Shown here piece by piece: positions 1-8,836 of a DNA stretch of 20,000 nucleotides. Both the position numbers and the translations under genes were made by a program. Position 1 is the first letter of the stretch, and each line of letters opens with the position of its first letter. This DNA is from an uncultured virus (IMG/VR IMGVR_UViG_3300042301_004094) (Duplodnaviria; Heunggongvirae; Uroviricota; Caudoviricetes), in the IMG/VR virus record IMGVR_UViG_3300042301_004094, positions 113,025 to 133,024 of that record; one strand, given 5' to 3'. The notes under the pieces are model-generated. The model did no database searches. It saw nothing but the letters and a program-made list of their open reading frames with translations, and was not told the DNA's origin.

Positions 1-907
1 TTTCGTCTAAAGCATCTAATTCAGCTAATAGTTCTTCTAAGTTGATTTCATCTTCTGATTCTTCTGATTCTTCTTCAGTACCATCTAATTCAACAGCATC
101 ATCATCCATCATTTCTTCTTCATCTTCAGCACCTTCTTCAGCACCTAATTCAGAATCAACAATGTCTTTGATAATGTCTTTTAAATCTTCGATAGATAAA
201 TCAGCTACTGACATTTCTTCTTCAGATGTTTCATCTTCCATTTCTTCTTCAGTTTCTTCTTTACCTTCTTTCATACCAGCAGCAGCACCAGCTCCTAACT
301 TTTCTAACTCAGCATATGCTTTCTTAGCAAGTGGTCCACCTTTTTTAATTAAGGCTTTAATACTATTGATAAGATTTTCTAAACCAGCACCAGCTGCATT
401 AGATGGGTCGTACCCACTACTTGCTCCTGTCATTTCGTCGATTTCTTCCATACCTTCTCTCATACCAGAAGCGGCTGCGGCTCCTATTTTTTCTAATTCA
501 GCATATGCTTTCTTAGCCATAGGTCCACCCTTCTTAATAAGAGATTTAATACCGTTAATGATGTTTTCTAAACCAGCACCTGCTGCATTAGATGGATCAT
601 ATCCACCGCTTGCTCCAGTTACTTCGTCGATTTCTTCATCAGAACCTTCTTCAAGTTCTAATTCGGCTAAAAACTCGTCTAAATTTAACTCTTCTTCCAT
701 GTTTTCTTCATGGAAAGTTTCTACTTCTTCGATTTCTTCTTTGATCTCATCTTCATCTTTTGCCATTTCTTCTAATTTAGAAGCTAACATAGATTGTAAA
801 TGAGGAGTCAAAGTTTCTTCAAGAGCAGCTTTTGCATTAACTAACGCAGCTTCGCGGATAGTTTTTGCTTCAGCAATTGCTTGCTTAAATAATTCTTTGT
901 TTGTCAT
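1..907 (-). CDS. Prohead core scaffolding-like protein, 5' part (continues beyond left edge); not in the ORF track
   Basis: ATG at 907 opens MTNKELFKQAIAEAKTIREAALVNAKAALEETLTPHLQSMLASKLEEM..., then a very Glu/Asp-rich sequence open to base 1. It lies downstream of the prohead protease, where T4 gp22 sits, and has many L/I-x-E sites. Confidence 0.75.
   Translation of the reverse strand, partial: MTNKELFKQAIAEAKTIREAALVNAKAALEETLTPHLQSMLASKLEEMAKDEDEIKEEIEEVETFHEENMEEELNLDEFLAELELEEGSDEEIDEVTGASGGYDPSNAAGAGLENIINGIKSLIKKGGPMAKKAYAELEKIGAAAASGMREGMEEIDEMTGASSGYDPSNAAGAGLENLINSIKALIKKGGPLAKKAYAELEKLGAGAAAGMKEGKEETEEEMEDETSEEEMSVADLSIEDLKDIIKDIVDSELGAEEGAEDEEEMMDDDAVELDGTEEESEESEDEINLEELLAELDALDE
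262..637 (-). repeat. In-frame tandem duplication, 189-bp (63-aa) period, inside the scaffold gene
   Basis: Anchors recur at a 189-bp offset: taccttct 262/451, gcatatgctttcttagc 312/501, ttcgtcgatttcttc 434/623. Peptide unit EEIDE(V/M)TGAS(G/S)GYDPSNAAGAGLEN..N.IK.LIKKGGP.AKKAYAELEK.GA.AA.GM.EG. Confidence 0.95.
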
Positions 908-987
908 TTTGTCCTTAAATTTTTTTCGGAAATAAGCTTATTAGAGGGGAAGCTTAATAGGGATTTGTATAATACCTGAACTACAAT

Positions 988-1019
988 AAAAAATGGGTAG
1001 TCCATTTTAGGCTACCCAT
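988..1019 (-). terminator. Rho-independent terminator after the 503-aa gene
   Basis: Minus strand ATGGGTAGCC-TAAAAT-GGACTACCCAT followed by a T run. Confidence 0.65.
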
Positions 1020-1025
1020 AAATAT
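1018..1025 (-). promoter_or_regulatory. ATATTTAT box (putative late promoter) upstream of the scaffold gene
   Basis: Same octamer found in six intergenic gaps upstream of head-module genes; about 110 nt before ATG 907. Confidence 0.55.
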
Positions 1026-1053
1026 ATGTAGATACGAAAAACCATGAAAAGTT

Positions 1054-2565
1054 TTAAGCAGCTACTATTTTTTGTGCTAGTTGTATAACTTCTGCTGTTT
1101 TAAATGCTGCTGCTCCTCCTTCTAATCCTTTTATAACTAAATTAACGGCATTAGCAGCTTCAAATCCTGAGGCTACAGCAGCTGCGGTTAATATAGCGGC
1201 ATAAACTCCATGAGCGGCATCATATAACGGTGATGTTTGATCAAATGGGTCTTGATTACCAAATTTTTTAGGATATGCTTTCTTTAACACATAAGAAATT
1301 GCTTCAATATATTTGTGTTCTAAGTCATGCCCCTTTTTTTGCAACCATTGTCCTACTTGTGTTTGTCCTACAGCTCCATAAGAAAAATAATTAGCAGCTC
1401 CATCAACAGCTTTACCAAGTAAATTTATTAAACCTGGAGCACCTGCAGTTAGCGCAAATAATGTAAGTGGTCCTAGTTCATTTATTTGTCCATCTTTAGG
1501 AGATGGTTTTATTGTTGATGCTGCAGATTTAAGATCTCCTAGTATATCTAGTAATCCTTTTTCAACTCCTTGCCCAACATTAGCTTCTACTTCAGTAATA
1601 ATACCAGCTAATTGCTGCATTCTTGTAATTTCATTGATATTAGATTTCATTTCTTGAATTTTAATTTTTGTAGTAGAAATACTATTTACTTTTTCTTCTA
1701 TAGATTTTATAGTTTTATATAGATCTTTTAAAAATTCTTTATAACCTTCGGGGTTATGTTGTTTTATTTTAGATAAATATGTTAAATATTCTGACAGAGC
1801 ATAATCTGAGTCGGAAGGTGTTCTTATTATTTGGCTTACAAAGTTAAATATTTTTTGGAAAAATTTTCTACTACCTGTTCCATCTATAAATTCTTTTGTT
1901 TCAGTACTAATAATTTTAGTTTTACCTGCAAAATATTGTAATATATTTGACAGTGCTTTTTCAATCCTTTTAATATCTCCGGGATTATTTGTAGTATTTA
2001 ATACTCTATCAGTTCCTGTTATTAAGGATTCAAAAAATTGACCAGTAAATGTTTGAAATTCAGCCCATGATTTGTAATAAATAGCTTCATCATTAGGATC
2101 ATAAGCTTGTTTTAAATAATGGTGGTTTAAGGCAGGATCTTTAGCATGTATTAACTCATGTTTAAGGGTCTGTCTTAACCTTTCAATACCTGTATTTTCA
2201 TTTCCAGTAACAGTTTTATAAAGTCTTTGATCAAAGTCTTGAAAACTATTAGGTCCCGGAAAAAATTGTTTAAAATATATTTGATTTATAAAAATCCAAT
2301 TATCTGTTCTATTATTTTTATCATACGTAGAAAATTGACCTTTAGCATTTTTGTCAATAGCACCAACACCAATTTCTACTTCTCCTTTTTCACCATCAGA
2401 ATAGATGTATGATATTTTACCAGCAGACCAAACCTCTCCACTACTAGGAATATTTTTGGTTTTAATAATCTCAATTATTTCTGGGATTATTGTTTCTAGT
2501 TGTTGTCTTTCTTCAGGGGTAAGAGTTAAAGTTCCTTCTTCAATTATGTCTAGTAACTTTATCAT
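1054..2565 (-). CDS. Putative virion/internal head protein: HExxH zincin-like domain plus Ala/Gly-rich hydrophobic C-terminal domain
   Basis: 503 aa. TLKHELIHAKD at about 2137-2169 with downstream YYKSWAEF; N-terminal MIKLLDIIEE; internal RMQQLAGIITE; located between protease and scaffold. Confidence 0.6.
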   Translation of the reverse strand: MIKLLDIIEEGTLTLTPEERQQLETIIPEIIEIIKTKNIPSSGEVWSAGKISYIYSDGEKGEVEIGVGAIDKNAKGQFSTYDKNNRTDNWIFINQIYFKQFFPGPNSFQDFDQRLYKTVTGNENTGIERLRQTLKHELIHAKDPALNHHYLKQAYDPNDEAIYYKSWAEFQTFTGQFFESLITGTDRVLNTTNNPGDIKRIEKALSNILQYFAGKTKIISTETKEFIDGTGSRKFFQKIFNFVSQIIRTPSDSDYALSEYLTYLSKIKQHNPEGYKEFLKDLYKTIKSIEEKVNSISTTKIKIQEMKSNINEITRMQQLAGIITEVEANVGQGVEKGLLDILGDLKSAASTIKPSPKDGQINELGPLTLFALTAGAPGLINLLGKAVDGAANYFSYGAVGQTQVGQWLQKKGHDLEHKYIEAISYVLKKAYPKKFGNQDPFDQTSPLYDAAHGVYAAILTAAAVASGFEAANAVNLVIKGLEGGAAAFKTAEVIQLAQKIVAA

Positions 2566-2569
2566 AATA

Positions 2570-3178
2570 TTAGCATAAAGGACAAACTCCTGTTGCGTTA
2601 CAAATAATTTCTGTAATTAATCCGTTTACTTTGCTATAGTCTTTACTAGATTGTACTTTTTTACCTTCAGATAATGACATATAAGCACCCGGAGTTGATG
2701 GTACTGATACTAGATCCCAACATAATAATTCAAAATCGTCTTGTACCTCTACTGTTTCACCCAATTGCTTAACACTACCCATACCACGAGATGAAATACC
2801 TAATGGAATGCCTGCTAGTACAATTTCTTGTGCAATTTTACCTGATGGTGTGTTTAATAATTCTAATTCACCCATTACATCATTACCTTCCCACCAAACC
2901 TTAGTGATTATATGAGAAACGTTATTTAAATTAATAATTGATGATTCTGGGTGGTCTAATTCACCTGTTGCTGTTCTAGTAGCTACAGGTCCTTTAGTAT
3001 ACATTTCTACTTGTTTTCTAAGAATATTCATAGGATAAACACGACCATTACCGTTTTTAACTTCGGCTTCTTGTAATTTACCTTTGATACGCATTCTAGT
3101 ACCAGTTCCTTCTTTACCTTCAGATAAAGTAAGTTTAGCTACGTGGAATGGTGTATGATCTACTAATAGTTGTTTCAT
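2570..3178 (-). CDS. Prohead maturation protease (T4 gp21-like)
   Basis: Motifs KNGNGRVYP, GELDHP, LGISSRGMGS and WDLVSVPSTPGA are characteristic of gp21-type proteases. Confidence 0.95.
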   Translation of the reverse strand: MKQLLVDHTPFHVAKLTLSEGKEGTGTRMRIKGKLQEAEVKNGNGRVYPMNILRKQVEMYTKGPVATRTATGELDHPESSIINLNNVSHIITKVWWEGNDVMGELELLNTPSGKIAQEIVLAGIPLGISSRGMGSVKQLGETVEVQDDFELLCWDLVSVPSTPGAYMSLSEGKKVQSSKDYSKVNGLITEIICNATGVCPLC

Positions 3179-3180
3179 GT

Positions 3181-4281
3181 TTATTTACTATTTTCTTCTG
3201 CTAGTACTTCACGTACAATATTTTCTAATGTTGCTTTAAATTTATCAAAAGCAGCACCTACATCTACTTTACCAATTGGTCTTAATGGGGTTAAAATATA
3301 TGCGGTTGTTGGTAATCTATCATCATGTTCTTCTACATCTTCTTCAACATTAAATTGTAATTTGAATTTTTCTAAAAGAGTTGATGGTAATTTTTCCCAA
3401 TAACCATATCTTAATACGGCTCTATCACTATGTCTACCAATATTTTGTAAAATAAATTTATTTGAGTATGGATTTAGAGTATTATTCATCTCAATAAATT
3501 TTGCTGCTTGTTTAACAGTGTCATTTGGTTCTTCACCAGGAAACATATTTAATTTAGTTTCTTGAAGATTTTTTACAAATTCTTTACCTACATAATAGCT
3601 ATCACCTTTTACTCTAATATAACCACCTTGAATGATTGGATTTTTTTCAATTCTTGCAGTTCCATATTCTTTTTCACGTGGGGTTCTTGAACCAGCACCA
3701 CTTTGTCTATATCTAGAATTAGGAATAATCACATAATCAATTTCAAAATATTCAGGAGTGTTGTCAATTACTTTAAATTCAATTGAAGATCCAGTATCAC
3801 CCATATTTTGTCCAGTACCACCATATACTTTGTTAGCCCAGTCTAAATTTTCTTTAACAACCTTCATACCATTTTCTTTATCAACTAATTCACCTTTCTT
3901 TGGTGCTTTAGGAGATTTAGATTTAGCTTTTGCTTTTGGTCTTTCTTGATGAGAATCAATACCAGATAATTTTAATTGGCTATAATATGATGGATTTTCT
4001 TTTAAATGATCCATAGCAATTTTTTCTGCTTTTTTAGGATCATCTGTATGTTCCATTTCAACTTTAATACCCATTGCTAATTCAACAGGATTACATTGAT
4101 ATTCTTCTTTAGCTTCAGATAAAAGACCTTTGTTTTTTAAAATTTTAACTGAATCAGTAAATGATGTTACATTAGTAATGTATTGGGGAAATGTCATACG
4201 AACAGCTCTCATAAAGTTAGCCTGAGATAAATTTCCTTCTACTAATTGGTTGTATTGATTTTGTATACTTTTCATATTCAT
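3181..4281 (-). CDS. Hypothetical head-module protein with DUF5661-like domain
   Basis: 366 aa. ELAMGIKVEMEHTDDPKKAEKIAMDHLKENPSYYSQL matches my recollection of DUF5661 (G..VE.EH...KIA..HL.E.P.YY); C-terminal LENIVREVLAE helix. Confidence 0.65.
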   Translation of the reverse strand: MNMKSIQNQYNQLVEGNLSQANFMRAVRMTFPQYITNVTSFTDSVKILKNKGLLSEAKEEYQCNPVELAMGIKVEMEHTDDPKKAEKIAMDHLKENPSYYSQLKLSGIDSHQERPKAKAKSKSPKAPKKGELVDKENGMKVVKENLDWANKVYGGTGQNMGDTGSSIEFKVIDNTPEYFEIDYVIIPNSRYRQSGAGSRTPREKEYGTARIEKNPIIQGGYIRVKGDSYYVGKEFVKNLQETKLNMFPGEEPNDTVKQAAKFIEMNNTLNPYSNKFILQNIGRHSDRAVLRYGYWEKLPSTLLEKFKLQFNVEEDVEEHDDRLPTTAYILTPLRPIGKVDVGAAFDKFKATLENIVREVLAEENSK

Positions 4282-4288
4282 TTATATT

Positions 4289-4417
4289 TTATCGGCCTTG
4301 TCCTCTATATTTTTTAGGTTTTTGTTCTGTTGGGCCATAAGATTTTTTTGCTTTTCCGCTTATCTTTTTACCAAATGAAACCTTTTGAGAAGAAGATGAT
4401 GATTTTGTTTTTGCCAT
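4289..4417 (-). CDS. Small basic 42-aa protein ending KKYRGQGR (below ORF-track cutoff)
   Basis: MAKTKSSSSSQKVSFGKKISGKAKKSYGPTEQKPKKYRGQGR*. Its ATG overlaps the upstream stop (TAATG) and the ORF fills the gap almost exactly. Confidence 0.85.
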   Translation of the reverse strand: MAKTKSSSSSQKVSFGKKISGKAKKSYGPTEQKPKKYRGQGR

Positions 4418-5376
4418 TATTGGTTCAAGTTTTTAATTTTATTATTAAGTTGATTAACCATTTCTGAAATATTAGCAACATTCTTTTGGGTTGCTTTCCA
4501 ATATCTAATTCCATCTTCTCCTTCACTTAATTCTTGTTTCATACGAGATGTATATTCAACAATACGATCAATTTCTTGTAATTTACGCTTTACTTCACGA
4601 ATTGCTTTATGCAATTGTTCAGATTTAGTTCTGTATGTTACTTCTTTTTTGAATTTACCATAGGATACTTCATTAAGTACTCCTTGTTCAATCATATCGT
4701 TTAATTTCATTTCGTATATTTTTTTATAATCAAACATTTTTGAGTTTTTTGGTAGTGTTAAATCGGCTACTGTCCAACCCATTTTCTTTAAAAATTTTAC
4801 TGCTCTATTATCACCTTTTTTCTTTCCAAAAGCATAAGGAGTAGCATAATTTTCACCATACCCGGCATTAAAAGTAGCGCCACTACCTGTTACATTTTCT
4901 TCGCTCATCATTATTTCACGAGCGTATGCTTTAACAGCAGATTTTAATGCTGCTTTTTTTTCTTCAGATATTCCTGATACTGTTCTACCTCTATAAGTAT
5001 TTTTTAAATAATCAACCATTTCTGCATTCATATTAAAATCTTGCTCTAATGGTTGGTTGTCTGGTTTTGATTCTATTGTTTTAGACATCATTTGCATGAA
5101 TCCATTTTCAACAGTATCATCTACTATAGCAGACATTGCATCATCAATATCTAATTTATCTAACCAAGTATTTGTTTTTTTAGTATCAGGTTTAGATATA
5201 GCTGCTCTTATAAACTCAAATGTTGTTTTAGCATTTGAAGCACCAGGTATTAATCCTAATAATTGATCTAAAACAAATGATTTACCTTGAGATACTATAG
5301 CTTGTCCTTTTTGTTTAAGAGCAATAGCTTTAATAGCTTTTTTTAAATCACCATATGTGTTTAATTCTAATGCCAT
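4417..5376 (-). CDS. Hypothetical modular head-module protein
   Basis: 319 aa with TAATG coupling at both ends; internal YATPYAF and MKLNDMIEQGVLNE; C-terminal coiled-coil-like region. Confidence 0.7.
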   Translation of the reverse strand: MALELNTYGDLKKAIKAIALKQKGQAIVSQGKSFVLDQLLGLIPGASNAKTTFEFIRAAISKPDTKKTNTWLDKLDIDDAMSAIVDDTVENGFMQMMSKTIESKPDNQPLEQDFNMNAEMVDYLKNTYRGRTVSGISEEKKAALKSAVKAYAREIMMSEENVTGSGATFNAGYGENYATPYAFGKKKGDNRAVKFLKKMGWTVADLTLPKNSKMFDYKKIYEMKLNDMIEQGVLNEVSYGKFKKEVTYRTKSEQLHKAIREVKRKLQEIDRIVEYTSRMKQELSEGEDGIRYWKATQKNVANISEMVNQLNNKIKNLNQ

Positions 5377-6053
5377 TATTTATAGCCTAACTTAGTTAAT
5401 ACTTGTTCAACTTGGCTTCTAACAGCAGATTTACTAATTTTACCTGGTTCAAATCCTAAAGTTTGGAACCAAACTTCAAAAGCTCCTGGAAATTCTTGAA
5501 TACTGTTAATATTTTTAGATTTGCTAGCTACAGTAGTTGCTGATGCTTGAGCTCTACCTAAAGCAGCAACATCACTAGGTGTATTGGTTACTGGGGCTTC
5601 ATTTAAGTTTTTCTCTAACTCATCAACTAGTTGATATACTATTGATTGTTGAGCTACAAGATATCCTGCGTTAGCTTCAACTTCTTTACCATATCCTCTA
5701 TAAACACTTCCTTCTTGTCTAGCTATAATACATTTTAATCCATCAGGTTTTATGCTTATAGTACTTTGTGTAAAATTATCATCCTTTGTATTTACTCCTT
5801 TTGATAATCCACTATTTCTGTTACCAGCAAATTCTTTAGCTAATTTATGTAATTCTTTTGCTTCTTCAACTGATATAGTTAATTGATTGTCTTTAAAACC
5901 CCCACCTAATACACTTAAAGTAATTTGTGTGTTTCCTTCTTTACTGGTGTCTTTTTGTATATCTAAAGTATCTACAGCTTCTTCTAACTGCGATTCATTA
6001 AGTAATCCAGCCAATTGCTGCATTCTTTTAATTTCGTTAAGTTGGTTTTTCAT
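5376..6053 (-). CDS. Hypothetical protein with N-terminal RMQQLAG tag
   Basis: 225 aa, begins MKNQLNEIKRMQQLAGLLNESQLEE; tightly packed in the operon. Confidence 0.7.
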   Translation of the reverse strand: MKNQLNEIKRMQQLAGLLNESQLEEAVDTLDIQKDTSKEGNTQITLSVLGGGFKDNQLTISVEEAKELHKLAKEFAGNRNSGLSKGVNTKDDNFTQSTISIKPDGLKCIIARQEGSVYRGYGKEVEANAGYLVAQQSIVYQLVDELEKNLNEAPVTNTPSDVAALGRAQASATTVASKSKNINSIQEFPGAFEVWFQTLGFEPGKISKSAVRSQVEQVLTKLGYK

Positions 6054-6054
6054 A

Positions 6055-6909
6055 TTATTTAACAGATTTTAATTCGGCTACTAATTGATGATAAGTCAAT
6101 AATGTAATTATATCATCATCTTTAACACTTTGGTTTTTATCTAGAGGTTTAATTAGATTAACTACTTCATTAATTTTAATTTTAATAGTATTATCTTCAA
6201 CTTTTTCAACTAATTTAATTAATTGTTTTTTAATACCATCTATATTGTTGTTAACAAAATCTTTTAATTTTGTAGTACTAGATACGTTATTAATAAACTC
6301 TTTTAATACTAATTTTTGATCTAAAGTTAAATCACCATACTTTTCATTGAATTTTTCAATAAGCATTTTGTAAGCTAAAATACGAGTGCCTTTATCCATT
6401 TCACTGTATTCTTCCATTACGCGGTCTTTAACTTCTTCTTTATTTACTTCTTTACGAGTAATATGTTCAAGTAAAGTTACTTTATTATCAATAACATTAG
6501 CTGGGTCTACAAATTCTAATGTAGAATAAGCTTCCATTAGTGTATAAACAGCAGCGTGTTGTTTGTAATTGTTTACTTTAGCTTTAAAGAACTCTTCTAA
6601 ATTATAATGTGACTTAATCTCTTTGATTAAGTTATACTTTTCTTTGCGAAGAGCAGTGCGATTTAGACGTGAATGAATTTCTAAAGTAGTATTAATTAAT
6701 GACTCAGCTTTACCTTCAGAAATTGTTTTATTAGCAATTAATGTTTGGTATAATTTATATTCCTTAGCTAATTCAGATTTGCTAAAATACTTTTTAATTA
6801 AAGGTAAAGATGCAGAATCTTTACCAGAAATAGTATCGGATGTTACTTGTCTCAATAAGAGTTCAAATAAAATTCCAGTATTTTTGTATTTGTTATGTTT
6901 TATTTTCAT
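6055..6909 (-). CDS. Hypothetical helical protein immediately downstream of the portal
   Basis: 284 aa, MKIKHNKYKNTGILFELL...; has its own ATATTTAT box; position suggests a prohead core/assembly factor (inference). Confidence 0.7.
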   Translation of the reverse strand: MKIKHNKYKNTGILFELLLRQVTSDTISGKDSASLPLIKKYFSKSELAKEYKLYQTLIANKTISEGKAESLINTTLEIHSRLNRTALRKEKYNLIKEIKSHYNLEEFFKAKVNNYKQHAAVYTLMEAYSTLEFVDPANVIDNKVTLLEHITRKEVNKEEVKDRVMEEYSEMDKGTRILAYKMLIEKFNEKYGDLTLDQKLVLKEFINNVSSTTKLKDFVNNNIDGIKKQLIKLVEKVEDNTIKIKINEVVNLIKPLDKNQSVKDDDIITLLTYHQLVAELKSVK

Positions 6910-6930
6910 AAAAAGTATGTAATCACTGCG

Positions 6931-6939
6931 TATAAATAT
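6931..6939 (-). promoter_or_regulatory. ATATTTATA box (putative late promoter)
   Basis: Plus strand tataaatat in a 31-bp intergenic gap, about 22 nt before ATG 6909. Confidence 0.6.
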
Positions 6940-6940
6940 G

Positions 6941-8803
6941 TTATTTTTCTATACCCTTGATGTTATCTTCATTTAATAAATTAGATTCTACAGGTTTTGT
7001 ACTTTCGTATAATGTTACTGTCTTTTGTTCAGCGGCTTCTTTAGCTTTTTGTAATTCCTTTAATGCTAGTGGTGAACCGCCTTTATATGCTTGTTGCATT
7101 GGGTTTTTATCTTGGGTAGCAGTCATGTTGTATTCCTTACTACCAATTGGATCTTTACCAAATGAGCTTTTCTGAGTGCCAAATATAGATGCTTTTTGTG
7201 TTGGTCTACCAACTGGATCTTTTTCATCATATCCTACTGGTACTGCTCCGTTACCGCTTCTACCTTTACCATATAGTGAAGCTAAATCATGTGGTGTACC
7301 AAATGATCTACCTGTTTTAGCTGGATCATTACCTTCATTTTCAACTTGTTGAAGTCTAAATGCACGTTTTTTATCCTCTAATACTAAATCACGATATTCA
7401 TCTACTTGATCATCACTGAATTGGAATATTCTATCGTATATAAAATCTGATGGGATAATACCTGTATCAATAGCATCTTTAGCTAATGATACTTTTTCTT
7501 TCCACAATGCGATTTGTTCTTGTTGATATATAATAGATGGTGGTGTTAAAGATAATTCAAAGCTTGTTAATGAATCACCATCAAACCCTTGTGTATATAA
7601 ATGTACTAATGCAATTTTATATAATTCAGATACAAGTACCTTTTGTATACGTTCAATTGTGCGAGCAAATCTAATATCTTCAGCAGCTAATGTTGCTTTA
7701 CCAGTTAAGTCTTTTTCAAATCCGAAGAATGCTTTAGGTACCTTAAGGGCAGCTAACATTTCATCACGTAAGAAGTTTACATCCTCAATACCATTGTATT
7801 CTAAACCTTTTAAGGTATCAATTTTGGTATTTTGGTTTGCACCTCTAACAGGAATAATAAAGTCTTCTAATGAGTTTTGAATATTAAAACGTAAGTTGTA
7901 TTCACCTGTTTGAGCATCCATAAATGGAGTCTTCTTCATTTTATTGGTGATACGCTCCATGTAGTTATCAACTTCGTGTGCTGGTATTCCACCAACGTCT
8001 ACATAGAAGATACGTTTTTCAGGCGATCTCATAATACGATGAATTAACATCGCATCTTTCATCAATGTGTATTGCTTATAAACCTTACGAGCTGGTTCAA
8101 TAAATGAACGTCCATAAGGTAAATAGTTAGCATCAGCATATAATCTAAAATGTGCTACTTCATAATTCTCAAAACGCTTTTTCATGTTACTCTTATCCAT
8201 ATGGATAGTACTTGCTAATGCGTTTGGATCGTATTCGTAATAAACCTCAAATGGGTTTTCAGGATTTAAACCTTCTCTTCTAGCTAATTCATATGAAGAT
8301 AAAGGCATAACATTGTATACACCTACCTCACTATTAATTTCTAAGAATAAATAAAAATCTCCGTACTTACACATCTGACGTGTCCAAGGCCAAAGATTAA
8401 ATTCTATGTTTAAGATATCGTAAAATAAATTGTAAAGTACTCTTTGTACTTTTTCATCTGAAGAACGAATTTGTAATACTTCTCCAGCTTCATTCTTTAA
8501 TGTAGTTTCATCAGCAACAATGTCAAGAGCAGAAGCAATAATTGATTCTGAATCCATTGCTTCGTAATCATTATATAATTGTGTTCTTAATGTCTGATAG
8601 TTAATAGCAGGATTGAACATAGCAGACATGCTAGTTCTGTGTAGACGTGTAAAACGGTCTACCAAGCTATTTGTTTGTGCACTTCCATAAGCTTGAGTGC
8701 GGTCGGTATCAACCACTTTTAATTGGCTTCCACCAACGTTTCTTACGATAACGTCAGTTGAAAACAATCTTCTCAGCCTTGAAAATAAATCTGTATTAGC
8801 CAT
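6941..8803 (-). CDS. Portal protein (T4 gp20-like)
   Basis: 620 aa. PYGRSFIEPARK, DAMLIHRIMRSPEKRIFYVDVG, LEDFIIPVRG, ALKVPK and EDIRFAR are typical gp20-family motifs; follows the terminase. Confidence 0.95.
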   Translation of the reverse strand: MANTDLFSRLRRLFSTDVIVRNVGGSQLKVVDTDRTQAYGSAQTNSLVDRFTRLHRTSMSAMFNPAINYQTLRTQLYNDYEAMDSESIIASALDIVADETTLKNEAGEVLQIRSSDEKVQRVLYNLFYDILNIEFNLWPWTRQMCKYGDFYLFLEINSEVGVYNVMPLSSYELARREGLNPENPFEVYYEYDPNALASTIHMDKSNMKKRFENYEVAHFRLYADANYLPYGRSFIEPARKVYKQYTLMKDAMLIHRIMRSPEKRIFYVDVGGIPAHEVDNYMERITNKMKKTPFMDAQTGEYNLRFNIQNSLEDFIIPVRGANQNTKIDTLKGLEYNGIEDVNFLRDEMLAALKVPKAFFGFEKDLTGKATLAAEDIRFARTIERIQKVLVSELYKIALVHLYTQGFDGDSLTSFELSLTPPSIIYQQEQIALWKEKVSLAKDAIDTGIIPSDFIYDRIFQFSDDQVDEYRDLVLEDKKRAFRLQQVENEGNDPAKTGRSFGTPHDLASLYGKGRSGNGAVPVGYDEKDPVGRPTQKASIFGTQKSSFGKDPIGSKEYNMTATQDKNPMQQAYKGGSPLALKELQKAKEAAEQKTVTLYESTKPVESNLLNEDNIKGIEK

Positions 8804-8827
8804 TTTTTTATTTTAGTATGTATAACA

Positions 8828-8835
8828 ATAAATAT
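8828..8835 (-). promoter_or_regulatory. ATATTTAT box (putative late promoter)
   Basis: Plus strand ataaatat between the TerL stop and the portal ATG 8803. Confidence 0.55.
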
Positions 8836-8836
8836 T

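Noticed and set aside
42..803. 253-aa Ser-rich plus-strand ORF
   Set aside because: Antisense shadow of the Glu-rich scaffold gene (GAA/GAT codons read as TCT/TCA on the other strand); the minus-strand frame fits the operon.
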